Positions 41,240-55,191 of a DNA stretch of 64,000 nucleotides are shown in pieces. The position numbers and the translations under genes are program-made. Each line of letters starts with the position of its first letter. Positions within the stretch are counted from its first letter, which is position 1. The notes under the pieces were generated by a model. It did not search any database. It was given only the letters and a program-made list of their open reading frames with translations, and was not told where the DNA came from. The stretch is from Cirrosporium novae-zelandiae (lineage: Eukaryota): positions 558,001 through 622,000 of the forward strand of contig JAPETS010000009.1 in assembly GCA_026023565.1 (NCBI GenBank), read 5' to 3'.

Positions 41240-43365
41240 TTAAAAGAATTCGCACTCCTCATCGTCTTCTTCTGGGATGGTAGCGATCCCGAAGCTAGTA
41301 ATGGTGGTGATAGTGGTTTCGGGAGAGAAATTAGGAAAGTAATCTGGATTGTCTAGGGAGCGAGTTCTGGGGAGGTATGGGATATCCTCGTCGTCATCGG
41401 AAGAGTAGTTTTCGAAAGGAGAGTGTATATCGCTAGCATCTTCGTTGTGGTCGCCGTAGTTGGACTCACTGCCTTGGACATAGGTATTATTGTCGAAATA
41501 CTGACTCCGGTCGAAATAACAACTTTCCCCGTCATTTTCTTCATCACTATCGATGTAGAATCCATCTTTGTCGTATCTGCCACTTGGCATATCAAAGATC
41601 ATGGACGTGCGATCTCCAGAAAGAGTTGTGTTGTCGCTAATGGAATCACCGTGTTCGTGTTCCCATTGCATGTAACCTAAGTATCCTGGCTCAAACTCGA
41701 TGTTGCCCTCTGCCTGTCGTATATGTTCCTCATCCTCAAACCTCCTTATTATCTGCTTTTGTCTGTGGCATATTTCAAAGTAGCGATCTTCATTGCGTAC
41801 TTTTCCGTGTTCAGTTTGCTCTCTTATATATTCAAACTGTGCTTCCCGTTGTCGTCGTTCCAGCTTGCTCATGGCTTGGTGAAGGGCAGCAATGTGAGCC
41901 TCTGTGAGAAGGATTTGTTTGATCACCTGCTTTGCTTGGATTCCTTGCGTAGCAATGTTGGCCTCTTCGTTCATTGTTAGGTTTGCAAGAGTGAGCGCGT
42001 GGTTTTCCTCTCGGCGGGCTTCAAATTGCGAGGCGGTCTCGGAGATGGAGTCATCGTTCCCTTTCTCGCGACCAACTCGGTTCAAAAGGTGCAACAGGCG
42101 TAGTTGGTATGGGATGTCTTCGTTCATCGTTTGGTCAGTCATGTTGGAGAGGATTGAGACCCGATCTGGCAAAAGCGAAAGCGAGGAACGGCGACGGCAG
42201 CGAGATTGGGGACGTGACAACGAGTCGGGAGAGTATAGCGAAGACTCCCGGTTTATGACTAGCTGTTGTGCCTGCGAGGGAGAACAAAGAGGTGACGGAA
42301 CAGCCGAGATGACCGAAAAATCTGACATAGCATTCATGCGGATTATATCCGTATGAGTCAATGTGCTTGCTATTTCAAAGGAGGTCGTGTTGTCTTGACA
42401 CCCACTCACTAGAGTAGGTGTCGTTGGCCGGATGCTCCAGTCACTCTCGTTACTCCCTACAGGACTTACACTCCTTACACTCCTTAGGCAACTGAGCGCT
42501 GGGGATCCTGGTGGTACGCCCTCCACGGCTGGTACCGGTGGTAGCCTAGGCTGACCATACCGTTCCGGCCCTGGTTGGGGTGTACCAGCCAAAGGACAAG
42601 TAGGACGTTGAGGTGCAAACGCCCAGCGCTCAATCACACTCACGGGGTTAACGTGAGTGGATTGATTGCTAGTCGATGCAGAACTCCTCATCTGCTCGTC
42701 ACCCCGACGACCTGAACTTGAGGAGTGTGACGAGGATGGAAATCCCAGAGAGAAATTTTCTCTTCGCTGCTGTAAAGAGAGGTTGGTAAGCTTGGATTCA
42801 CTTCAGAAGGTGGTGCATAAGATGAGTGAGATAAAAAAAAGTGAGGAGAGATGCTCACCCCCAAATACAGATAACGTGAACAAACTATTCATAGTAGCGA
42901 TATATAAAGTCTTTCAAAAGGATATATAAAGAAATCTCATGAGGTTAGGAAGAGGTGGGTTAGGTTGGTGGATGAAAGAAAGAGAAAATATGAAGGAATA
43001 AATTTCAGGTTCCTTTTAAAACGTTTGTAGGGTTTTGGCAGCACTAGTGCAGGGTTTGTAGTCCCGCCGAGGCAAAAACTGTCGAGAATACTCGAGCGGA
43101 AGAATTCCCGGTCCAGAAGACAAGTTACATGCCTTAAAGTTGGAAGCTGAGCTCAACCACTATTAGGGTAGCTAGTATAGAGGGCAAGTAGATAATACCA
43201 ACACTTGTACATTGACACAAGAAGAAGCAGATATAAACATGAACAGTCTCTTACCTTGTCCTTCTTGAATATACCCTTCACTTTTCCAAAAAAACTTGGC
43301 TTCCTCTTGATACTTTGATTATTGTCTTTTCCGTTTCTAGACGAAGAATCTTGTTGACTATCCAT
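41240..43365 (-). CDS. Orphan protein with a Ser/Pro-rich N-terminus, central predicted coiled coil and acidic C-terminus; 5' exon structure uncertain
   Basis: 483-aa open frame 42691-41240 that stays open upstream to a CAG acceptor near 42770. A plausible first exon MDSQQDSSSR...GIFKKDK|GTAAGA lies at 43365-43255. Confidence 0.6.
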
Positions 43366-45904
43366 TATAAACCAATATTTGACGACGACAAATCTTGTAA
43401 TAGTGTTGAACAAGACTAGCGTGTAGGCACTTGAGTATAGATCTTTCAGAAGTCTTTGTAAGTTTATATCGGGGATAGTTTATCGGAGTTTCATGAGCGA
43501 ACAGTATGAAAGTAAATGATACTACCTGTCTGATGGTCGGAGGAGTGGGGTTTAAAGCTGGAATACACTGGCAATAGGCGGTAGTCATGAACAGAATCTT
43601 CCAAAGAGAGCTTCCGAGAATCCGATACGGTGTTTGTAGTGTATTGTATCGTGCTTCAACAAGCGATCTAACGACAAAGGAATAAGAAGCGATGATATAA
43701 GCGGAGCTCTCCTTTGTGCAAGGATGTGACACTTGGGTTGGAGAATTCAAGGGATGAAGGTTAGGGTAGCTTTGTGATTTCAATAAAGTTTTGGATGACC
43801 TAGTCACAGAGAAGCTTTCTAGTAGTTCAAGCAGTGACCATGGTCAGATCAATAGTGCCGACTATTCGAATCAAATCCTCAGTCAGCTGGATACCGTAAG
43901 AGATCGAGGTCAATGTTACATCAAAGATACAATTGTTTAAAGCTTTTCAAGTTAGTAACAATAGTATTCTTGCCATCTGAGGTGTGATTAGGTGAAGAGA
44001 GGATAGAGGAAGTCAGGTAATGAGTTGTAATGATCACTTGAAGTAAAGAAGGGATAAATCATTATAGAAGCTAAGGTTGTCTGTCGGAAGATTGCACCTG
44101 GATGTTTCCAAAGCTATTTTTACTGCTGAAAAAACAAGTCTTCTGGGTGTTTTTGACAGGTAATAATTTGCAAGTGAGAAGGTTGTTAATGGTTAGGATT
44201 TTATGACGGACTAAGAGGGTGTTTGTGGGGGACAAAGAAGAAAATAATGCCCGAGTGTTATGAATAAGGATATTTAGCTTATGGAAAATGATTAGTGGTT
44301 TTGGTGTCTAGCCTGACTTGAGCTCCTTGATTAGCCATACAAAGTGTTGATCGAAGCTCGAAATTGGCCGAATTCAACGAGGTGAACAAGAGGCCCACAA
44401 CTAAGCGGAAAGATTTGATCGTGACAACGAGATTCCCACCATTGCAAAATCATGCACGTCGAGCGATGAAGGCCAAAGCACTAGAACAAAAAGGAGACGT
44501 TCGTTTCTGAATATTGACCTGGGTTCATGTGGCAAAGCATCTACAACGAGGTAGAGAGGAGAGCCACGAGTATCAAGGAACAGAGAATCCTTTCGAATAC
44601 ACCATGGTGTCCGTCCCTAATAATCGAGGAACGAAGAAGACCACAAAGCCATAATCTCCTTCTTTGTTCCTCTAACATCAATTGATTTGAAGACAGCGTC
44701 AAAACATCTCCAAGCCAGTTCCACTTAGCGGAATGGCACGACCCATTATACACAGGAGATTTTCAGTAACACTGTTATAGGATAGTAATAACAGTGAAAG
44801 GGAAGTTTTCATTCATCCCAAGATGGGCATGCATCCACCTAAATAGCTAGTTGCTAACTTAAAACAGATAAAATTATTGAAGATGGCTATATTTCTTACT
44901 GGCCCTGGAATACAAGCCCCCGCATCTCCACGGAGCCAATAAATAATCCGTTGTCAACTGGGAATTCAACAAATTAACGACCCCTAGGAGTACCTTAAGG
45001 ATCGCGATACCTCAATCAATGATACTGAGATAGCATTGATTCAGAGTTGCTAAATATCAAAATCAGGCGTTAGAAGGGTAGCAGATACCGGGCATGGAAT
45101 CGATGAAGACAAGTAGAAATACAAATTCTATCCTGAATCAAGTGGACAGACATGATACATCAGTCAGTAGTACCGGGGCGAAAAGCCCAAGAATTTACAG
45201 CAAAAGAAATGTCAAGGGATGAACAGAATGATTATAACTTTCAAGTATACTGAAAGGGCTTGATACAGCAGTTTATACTGAGGATATTGACAAGATTGTA
45301 AAGGGAAATTGATGGTCGTTTGAATAAACGTTAAACGCTCGCCAAGACACTTCCGGCATTGAGCTGTCAAAATCCGATACCGACCACGTCATGACTTAGC
45401 ATGGTAGGGATTGCCCTACGACGCCATTATCAAAGTTCGCCGACTACATCTAGAATGGTAGGGAGGGCTGAGAAAGCTACAAGATTCCTCTCTAGAATTA
45501 TGTTATAATTAGGTATCGCTTTCGATATTTAACCGTATATTAATACATATCAAGACACTGAAGACTATCTGAAATAGAACCTAAGCATGGCTAAGGACCA
45601 AAAGCTGAGTGGCAAACATTTGAATTCTAGTGGTGCGTTACAACTGTAGATGAGTATAATTCATCAAAAACTATTATATCTTATACTGATCGAGGGGAAG
45701 ACTAGGGGCTTCTGAAATCATGAAAGTGTACATTAGCTATGCATTAGCTATGTGGTACTATGAGAAGAACCTCCGAATATAACAATACAAGCCATACGAT
45801 GCGAAGTAGTAACATCCTGAACTTATTACTACTAGGCGAGCAAAACAGTACGCCATGAAAGAACAATTTCAAAGGCCTCCAGAGGCATCAAGCGCCAGCT
45901 CTAA

Positions 45905-48900
45905 TCAAACCATAAACACCTTGCTACCCTCTACTAATCCAGCACTCAACTTGGTGGCCGTAGCCCAAACTGGTAGATTGTGTCGCACCTCTTCTAACGC
46001 AGGGATTGCACCCTGCTTATTCTGATCACTCCACAGACAGGTTAATTTGCCATTAATACCACCTCCCTCTTTCCATTTCACATTGACCTTCCAGGTTTTC
46101 TCCCAAGTACGACTCCAAAGCTGTATCTGCTCAATGCCTCGATCAGATGCTAAACTTGACCCACCATCCACTTTGAATTCTGATATGGGTGAATCGAAAT
46201 TAATTCTACAAGCCCGAGTGTTACGTCCGTAGAACTCAATAAGTGCTTCGTTACGGTCTTCAACACGAGAAACGTTGTATGAAAGCCAATTATGATAAGT
46301 TGACTCTGGTGGCAGTATATCCTGGTCGAGGCCACATTTGGGTGGGAGACCTTTCCAAGCACATTGGTAAAGTCCAACCTTACCGCGCGTAGATTCCAAA
46401 CAATTGATGGGTTTCTCGAAGGCACTTGGAATACTCTCGGTTGCTTCCCGCAGGAGAGGACTGTTAATTCCAGTCAAGATGACTTCGTTGATGCCGCTAT
46501 CTAGATCCACCGTTTGCATAAAAAACAGCTTCAGGCGATGATTCTGTGAGAATGGGAACGCAGATAAATTGTAAATGGAAGTTCCTATGAGTACTAGAAG
46601 GAGGAAAAGTGGAATGTGATAAGTATATCGATGAAGAAATGGCGCAAGTGGCGCCAGCATCAATGCTGACAAGACTGCAGTGAGCAAGTATACTGTTAGA
46701 ACAGAGTTACCATCAGCACCCGTTTGATGCATTGCTGAAGTCACAAGGAGGCCGACTTGACTAAGAAGTATGACCGCAATGGGGGCGACCAGGATAAACT
46801 GCAGTAGCCAAGTCCATTTTGGTATTCCGAAGCTCCAGCTTTGTTCGTTCCCAAAAACTTCCTTGGTTGAATAAGCACCTTCAACTTCGTCAGTCGAGTC
46901 TTCAGTGCGAGTGACGTAATTGGCAAAAGTTGTTCGTTGAAGTAGAGAAGTTGTTTCGTCAGCTTCCTCTTCGGTATCTTCATTGTTTGTCGCAGAAGGC
47001 CCGGAAGGGCTATCGTCACCATTTATGACAGAGCGACTGGCTGGTCGAGAGGTTCCTCGGTTTGAAACAACTAGTAAATACTCTGATTTCGATGGAAGAA
47101 AGAACAGTTCCGAGAGAGAGATCACGAATGCCAAGAACACGGCAGCAAAATAGAACACTATGAAATATCCTCCAGCAATGTTCTTGTTGTTCTCATAGAC
47201 TGTGACATTGACAAGCAGAATCCACATGAAAAGGTAGAGCCAGAAGAATGAGTATGCACGGTGCAATGCAGATGGTCTGATGAAATCAGCTGACCTAGAA
47301 ATAAGCCAGGCCACAAAAAGCCATGCAGTAAACATCATAGCCCAAACAGAATATTCACTGCTGTGAACAATGTATGGGTTGACCTTTGTGATTAGATATG
47401 CCAAGCCAATATTTACCGCAGTGGCGATGACTATAATCAATGGATATCGGAAGAACCCTCGCATGCTTTGCAAAGTTGAGTTGCTTGTAAACATGTAAGC
47501 CTTGTCTGCCCGAACAAGGAATATAGCCATAGTGAATAGAATGAATGGAGTGGCAACTGGCGAGTACGAACTAGGTTAGCTTAAGATATTTAACATGGAT
47601 GTATAAACAGCTGATAAAACTTGAGGCAGAATCAACTCGTCTTGCTGAAACCCTCTGGGAATATCAGGGGATAATTAAAAGGATGACAGAACACTTACCT
47701 AAAAGAGTGACCGAGATAGCGAACATAGTGTGTAGTCGGAAAATCACAAATGCACTTCCGAATAAATCGAACCAAACTCCGTCAGTACCTTTGCCACTAT
47801 TAATTTTGCCTTTCGTGGCACCGCTGCCTTCAAATCTGGAGCTGGAATCCGATGTCATGCCTCTAGTTACAGCTATAGATGCTGAAAGCATATGCCAGAG
47901 ACTATCCATGCTCGCATGTCGGATGTCATCTTCGTCTGTGTGATATCTAGCTCTAGGCTCCATGAACGCCACGTCAAGCCCTCGCATACCAAGTTGATCA
48001 TAAAAGACAGCGTAATCTGTTTGGCTACGAAGCAAGCCCCGTTTAAAGCCATCTGCTGTAAGAACACTGGCAAATGGGTATCTTGCTTTTTGGTAGAACT
48101 TGGTAACTTCTGTATCTGTGCTTCGGAACAACAGAGCCCTCCCTCCAGCTCCGGCCCCTTCTAAATTGAGGAATGTATGAGGAAATTTCGACATTGGATG
48201 CTGCGGGAAGACTTTGGCCCCATATAATCCATCCTCTTCCCCGTTGTTAAGTAGGATAACCAAGCCTTTCTTAGGCTGATTCCCGGGAGTTGTGAAGTAT
48301 TTAAGAAGCTGTAGAACAGTAATAACACCCATACCGTCATCAGTGGTTCCATAGCCAGTGGATACGCTGTCGAAATGGGCATTGACAAGTACACCACCTT
48401 TGCCTTTTGGCTCGCCATTCTTCTCCTCCCACCAAGTACTTTGATCGTCTTCTGTTCCTCTGATATAGACAATTATATTTAGACTCTCGAAGTAATGGCT
48501 AATGGCGGGTACCGTGGACCGGCCATCTGTTCCTTGCGAACCATCTTGAGAAAAGGTAGTGTTCGTCTCAATATCATTGAATAGAAACACAACGGGAGTA
48601 TTATCACCGTTAGATGTATATTGGGTGACGAGACTATTTGCATCTGGTAAAGCACGCGACACATTGTTGTCCTGTAAAATTGATTCTACCCTCCCCAGAA
48701 GCCAGTTTCGAATGTTGTCATTTTCCGGGCTATTAAATGGATGGAAAGCTTTGCTGAGAGTTTGAAGGTCACTCCATGCCTCTATTAAATCAATCCCATT
48801 GGGCGAATTCTTTGGTGTAGAGGGTAGAACGTTATGAACCACGAGAACAATGATCAAGAGGGCAATATAGATGATGGATGTTATAAAGGTGACTGGCAAT

Positions 48901-48938
48901 GGAGTAAATCCAATTGGATTACGGGTCTTCAAACCCAT
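45905..48938 (-). CDS. PFF1: Vacuolar membrane M28 zinc metalloprotease (Pff1/FXNA-like), 2 exons
   Basis: [13 protein letters not shown]-terminus. M28 ligand motifs [27 protein letters not shown] and YHT. Intron 47698-47557, then a multi-TM region and a C-terminal GLVEG. Confidence 0.92.
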
Positions 48939-49273
48939 TGGCGCCGCCTCTCCCAAAGCAATCGGGTCAGGCACTGACTGACTGCACTGCTCTGCTGGAC
49001 AAAGTAGAGGAGGAGCTCGCTAATCGTACTAATCAGCCACGTTCATTATCGGACTGTTGACAGTGTGGTCTGTTTGTAAGTGAAAAATACTTAAAGTGAT
49101 GCCCAAGGGGTAAAATTATTAGAATTTACTTGGTATTCTTGGGTTCTTGAGGGTCCCTTCAGGTTGATTGTTGTTGTGAGGCTGGATTGTCTTTGGGTCT
49201 TTCCTTGCAACACAAAGTTCTTTGTCGACTGACGTACCCGTACCAGAACTGCCATGTTTTTCGCCGACACAAA

Positions 49274-50485
49274 ATGTTGTCGCAAGCCTACTACAAAGGT
49301 CAAGCCTCACCAGAAACCTCCAATCTGGCTTCTGCGGCAGTTGACAATTTACGCGCAACCTTTGAATCCGTCCACTCCACTCTTGGATCATCCATCTTTG
49401 AATATTTGAAGCCTGTCGAAGAAGGTGTACAACAGATTTACGCCCACCTACCAGCATCCACCAAAGATACCATCTCGAACTTGGCACATCTCATTTCAAC
49501 CTCCCCCGAGTACTTATCCGTTCTTGTGCTTACTGTTCTTACTGCATTATTAGTGATGAGTCGCTGGGGTTTTCCTAAATGGGGGGGGAGATATTCTCCC
49601 TTTAATTCATCAGGCCCTCCACAAGTCCAGGACAGCGACTTTAGCTATGTTGCACCAGAAGACCTCGAACCTTCTCATGTCGCTTATGATCAATACTATG
49701 GCCCTCGAAATGCTACTCGTTCCGACGACAGCCTTGCCCCCGACATCCTGATTTTAAAACATCGAGGAGTCACCTACCCACTGCATTTTCCTGCATATAC
49801 AATAGGTGATGGCACCCTTACCATCGGCAAACTTCGAGATCGTGCTGCAAAAGCCACAGGAACAGATGATCCAAAGCGAATCAAACTGCTCTACAAAGGC
49901 CGCATACTAAAGGAGGATGATTTACCAGCAAAAGACGAGGGCTTAAAACAACAGTCTGAGCTCATGGCTGTGATACATGAGCCATTGAATTTCGGTGGTG
50001 CGGATGAAGACTCTGGCAGCGGTGATGAAGATGCCAGTGCATCAGCTGGGCCAGATGGAACTACAACACGCAAAAAGAGGAAGAATCACCGCTCCAAGAA
50101 GAAGAACAAAAAGAAGGGAGACGAAAGCCCCCAGAATCTTACACCTCCGATAGATACTTTACCTTCTTCTACAGGGACCTCTCGACCTACTACACCAGCC
50201 CTAGCAAATACACCTCTTGAAAAACTCCAAGGCCTTTCTTCAGCATTCCACACAAAATATGTACCGCTATGTGTTCAATTCATGAACAACCCTCCAGCAG
50301 ATCGAAAGACTCGAGATTTCGAATATAAGAAGCTCAGCGAGACGATCCTGGCCCAGATTTTACTGAAGGTGGATGCCGTGGAAACGGAGGGGGATGACGA
50401 CGCTAGGCAACAAAGGCGAGCACTCGTTAAGGAGGCACAGGCAATGTTAAATAAACTGGACGAAGTGATCAAGCAGGAGGAATAG
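49274..50485 (+). CDS. UBL + BAG domain Hsp70 co-chaperone with an N-terminal hydrophobic segment
   Basis: UBL segment (RIKLLYKGRILK) and BAG segment (LSETILAQILLKVDAVETEGDDDARQQRRALVKEAQAMLNKLD). Hydrophobic stretch VLVLTVLTALLVM. The start could be 49274 or the later Met of MSRWG. Confidence 0.88.
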   Translation: MLSQAYYKGQASPETSNLASAAVDNLRATFESVHSTLGSSIFEYLKPVEEGVQQIYAHLPASTKDTISNLAHLISTSPEYLSVLVLTVLTALLVMSRWGFPKWGGRYSPFNSSGPPQVQDSDFSYVAPEDLEPSHVAYDQYYGPRNATRSDDSLAPDILILKHRGVTYPLHFPAYTIGDGTLTIGKLRDRAAKATGTDDPKRIKLLYKGRILKEDDLPAKDEGLKQQSELMAVIHEPLNFGGADEDSGSGDEDASASAGPDGTTTRKKRKNHRSKKKNKKKGDESPQNLTPPIDTLPSSTGTSRPTTPALANTPLEKLQGLSSAFHTKYVPLCVQFMNNPPADRKTRDFEYKKLSETILAQILLKVDAVETEGDDDARQQRRALVKEAQAMLNKLDEVIKQEE

Positions 50486-51759
50486 AGAGGGTATCAGTGC
50501 ATTTTCCGGCAGGCATATTGTAACAGGGACATGGCTTCTTTTTCTTTCTGGGCAACCGGGATTTAGGCGAGACTCGATGACCCAAGTTCACTCTGGATGA
50601 TGATGATGATGAGGATGGCACGGATGGATAACCTAGTCTGGCACGTGGACGAAGAATTTCAGATTATGAAATTTTGGTTAATAAGGGAAGGTATGCATTT
50701 AGATTTGATTGGGAGTCGGAGTAGCATTTAGAGGGGAATCAATGCGAAAGACTCATGATGACACTGTTTTCTCTCCATCAAATGGATGAGTTGTTCTTGG
50801 AAAGTTTGAAATATACAAGGTGGAAGACTGGGATGGGCAGATAGGAGGATCTCGATCCCGAATGTAAGAGTATTTTGTACAAGTAATATGCTTGCACGAA
50901 TCCCAAGCAACGTTTCAACAATATCAAAACGGTGTTATTATTATTTATCAAACTAGCTTTTTTGTTAATAAGGGCTTGTAAGGAAATAAATACAAGGAGG
51001 GGTAAACCAGAATAAAAAAATACTTTATCCCTCGAGATGGCTGGTTAGATTTCAACTAGAAATGGTTAAGCACCAGAGATAGAAGACCAATTAGGAGTAG
51101 ACGATCTCCGACGCCAGTGAACCTCCTCAGTCCCTTTGCGACAACCACCAACCAATATTGGGTACACACGACTTCACAGACCTCACAAACCTCACAAGAC
51201 TTCATAGACTTCACATTTTTACAATACTTTTCGTACCTTCTCCACCAATTTCGCATATACCAGTACTTTCCTCTTCTTATCAATTTTACATAATTCCCGT
51301 CCCACCCCCCCCCCCCGAACCCTCCCCCCCAAGTTCTCACTCTTTCAACGCTTAAACTCTACCCTTTCGTCTTGACGTTTCAATTCATTCGCCAAAACCA
51401 AATAGGAGCTTCCGAAACTTGACGACTTGTGACTCCATAATTATAAGCCTTCGTTACACCGACTCATACTTCGACACGGATCATTCAAATATTCCAATTA
51501 AGAATTCTTTCAAAAGGAATTGCAAAATTTGCTGTTCTCTGTAGTCGCAGTTCTTTGCTACCCTATATCTCTGTGTTTGGAAATCACTCATCGTATCAAC
51601 CCCGCAAGGAATAACTTCGGATCCTTTAGACAAACATAGGTGCACCTGGAGGGTGCAGCAAAGTCCGATATGCAGATTCGGTCTCGGTAGTTTGTGGCAA
51701 TCGGTCTGGATTCACAATAGATCACAGACCCTAAACGCGCCTGTGGGGCTGGGATCAAC

Positions 51760-53692
51760 ATGACTTCCATCTCTTCTTCCAGAGATACTTTACCTATTAC
51801 GATTGACGACCAGGGTCTTTGGGATTATGCTGTGCCGCTTCACAATAATGAGGTATGCGTGTGGCCGAATTGGCTTTTTCCGGAACACTCTTTTCTTTAG
51901 GCCCGACACCTATACTTGACTTCATATAAACAATACGCTAACATTCTTGATTTTGCAGCAAACTAATTCCCCAACTTACTCAATGGAAGATCTTTCAGAA
52001 CCATACTCACTCTCGGAACAAAAACATGCTAACCGGCAACCTTTATCCACACAAGTCAATAACACCTCACTGAAACGCAAAACCTCAGGCCGCGGATATT
52101 CGCAATCGTCTTTCAGTAACTCGGAGTTGCAAAACATGAGGAAGTCAGGAACCGTGTTGGACTCAAATCGTGTGTCATCACACCAAAGAGGAGGTCAGGC
52201 TAGAAAAAATAGCAAAGGTGAAATAGTTGGTTCTAAGGATAGTTATGGGCATGGTTCACTACGTGGCGCATACCCTGGTCAGGTCGCGGCTGATGAAGAC
52301 ATTGATGATTCGGATTGGATTCACCGTGACAAGTTGGCAAGAATAGAAAATGCAGAGTTACAACAAGCCGGATTACAATTCCCTTATCAATTTGGGACGC
52401 GAAGTCATTCCAGCAGCATCTCAAGTGCGGGAGTTCAAGTTCGGAGTCGGAGCAGAGAGCAGTCTAATCACGTCAGAGATGCGTCGGAGCAAAGCAGTAA
52501 TTCCAGCACTCAAATCCCTGGTAGGAGTCGAAGCAGAGAGCAATACAGCCATGGTGGAGATGCCACAGAGCAACAGGACCCACGTCATTATATGAGGGAG
52601 GAGAAAAGACAACGGCTTACATCGCCAGTCCCAGATGAAGAACTTGAACAAGGGATTGATCCACAAGATGAAGGTAGTCCAGCCAACTATGATCCCAGAA
52701 CGCCCGAAGAAATAGCCGCGGATCCTTATGGGACGGTTACAGCACATTCATCCCCAAATAACCAGCATGGCCTCAGAACTAGTTCCTCTAGACTGCCACT
52801 TCCAAAAGTAAGCCCAGTACCTATCCCGCAAGAACGCTTAGCACGAAATGTGCCTCTCCCTCGAAAAAGGACACCGAGTGGAACAGTGGCAGATGAAAAT
52901 GGCCTGGCCTACAATAAAACACGAAGTAGAAGCCAGAGTGTGAATAGTCAACTCTTGCTAGATACAGACGTAGCTAATGGCTACTCAATTTCCCAGAACC
53001 GTCCGAACCAGAAAACGCCCTCACAGAATTCTCCTGTCAAATCCAAATTACCCGGTAAAACCACTCCAGGGTCCAACGGGAGGAAAACTTCGACTCCAGC
53101 CTCTAACTCAAGGAATGCCTCTACTCATCGTCCTCGAACTGCTTCTGGGCAGAAGGGTTTGGGTAGTCAACGGCCAACTACGAGGGGTGGCGAACGACCA
53201 CCTACGGCTGCTAAGACTAATAACAAGCCAGAGGGCGACCCTCCATGGCTTGCAACAATGTTTAAACCTGATCCTCGACTACCTCCCGACCAACAAATGC
53301 TCCCAACACATGCCAAACGCCTTCAACAAGAACAGTGGGAAAAGGAAGGGAAACCTGGTGCTGTTTATGATAGACAATTCACGCCCATCGCCATTGCTGA
53401 CGAAAACGGGCTTCATCCAGTTCATCCAAGTAATCCTTCACCTGAAATAAAGTCAGAGGAAGAAGAGAAATCAACCTGGCCACTCAAGGATGGTGCCAAG
53501 ACGTCACCTACAAACGGGCGGCCAGGAACAAGTGGAGGCTATAGTACAATGCCTAAAGTGCAGAAGTCGCCGCAAATTGGGTCAGCTTCTAGCCCAAAAC
53601 CTATCCAGTCGTCTCTCCCGCCCGCTGTTAGAATTCCGGAACCTCCAGAGGAGCTGGATCAGAAGAAAGGTGGATGCTGTATCGTGATGTGA
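51760..53692 (+). CDS. teaR: Cell-end marker TeaR/Mod5-like prenylated TeaA receptor, 2 exons
   Basis: Conserved blocks WDYAVP, DSDWIHRDKLARIE and PEGDPPWLATMFKPDPRLPPDQQMLPTHAKRLQQEQWEKEG. C-terminal CAAX box GGCCIVM. Confidence 0.85.
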
Positions 53693-54530
53693 AACCATCT
53701 TTAGCTTTAACAACGTTTTGATACCCCTTGGAGTGACATGGTGTTTATTTCATGCCTCCATGGCCTTACTGATTGTGTAACCAATCCACTATACCTTTTT
53801 TGCTAAATACTTTCAAACGCTTAAGCGGGAAGTTCTGGACCTTTCTTTCCAATAGAGAATGGTCGGTTTTTCCAATTCCCGTCTTGTCCCCGGTTCTATC
53901 TCCGGTTATTAATTCATTTCCTTTGTTTTGCTAAGGTGTGTGGAGGCTTTCCTTTTCTTTGGGAGACATACTCCATTAGATACCTTTATGAGTCCATGAC
54001 CAGCACTGTCGGAATTTCCTTTTAGTTTTTTTCGTTTTTTCTCTCTTTTTCGTCTTCGAAACCAGGGTGATGGAGGTGATGGGGGTTAGCTTCATCTTCA
54101 GGACATTCAAATCACTATGCTATGTACGTGCTTGATGGCGAACTCACGGTGGCGGTAGTACTTAGTAGTCATTCGATAGGGTGCCTAAAGCATTTTAATA
54201 TATCTGCTGATGCCGATGCAGACTTCGGCCTCAGTCACAAATGAATCATAAATTAACACCGCATTCGGGACTGGTAGACCATCCTGTGATCTTGTGTAAT
54301 TACCCAGCCGAAATAAAAAACGGTTGGTGAGAGGTTCATAAATTTTGCCGGCATTTTGAAAGGCGGTGTAAATTACAGAGTGTAGGCAATTACGCAGTAA
54401 TTTACTTTGGTGTTTTGGTACCACAATCCTAGGTCCTTAACCTCATTTTAATCAATTGGTTAATATAACATAATAGACATCCCTCTAACCAATTTATACC
54501 ATCAATCGATATTCTTCTTTATCCCTACTT

Positions 54531-55191
54531 ATGGCACCCTCAATCTTGGACCAGATAGATGGTTCGTATCCTTCCAGCCAACCTCATAGTAGAAGACATT
54601 ACTAAATCGAGTTCCCTCTGATATAGAAACTCTCAAAGATACCATCCAGGTCTTCTACGAAATCCAAGTGGCCACACATGGCTACCTCGGCCCGGATACC
54701 CAAAAGGCCCTCGTCCGCAAAATGTATATTCATCCATCCTCCTCCAATCTCCCTCCCTACCCTCCAATCCCCTTTAGCATCCCGAAAGCTAAACAAGCTA
54801 ACATCTCTCCCCTCACAAATATAGCATCGAGCTAAACGACTGCCTCGCTCGTCTCTCCCGCTACTCTAGAACCCTCTCTCCTACATCTCCTACCCTTCCA
54901 CCCGAAATCCTCCAATACGTCGACAAAGGTCGAAACCCAGATATCTACGCTAGAGAGTTTGTGGAGCTAGTACAGAAGGGAAATCGATTTATGAAAGGGA
55001 AAAGTGAGGCGTTTGGACGATTTGCGGATAGGCTTTCTGAGAAGATAGTTGAGCTTGATGGGTTTACGGAGGGGGAGGTTAGGCGTGTGTGGAGTAAGGA
55101 TGGGAAGTTAGGGAGTGGGCCATCTGTGGTGGAGAGTGGGGGGGTGCTGAATGATGATGATGGAATTAAACGGGCGAAGGTGGAGAAATGA
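54531..55191 (+). CDS. NUT2: Mediator subunit Med10 (Nut2), 3 exons
   Basis: Spliced MAPSILDQID|ETLKDTIQVFYEIQ...|...LPPEILQYVDKGRNPDIYAREFVELVQKGNRFMKGKSEAF, the Med10 signature. Confidence 0.9.

Noticed and set aside
43800..45900. 2-kb gene-free interval checked for transposon remnants
   Set aside because: No terminal repeats, LTRs, or transposase or RT motifs recognisable by eye.
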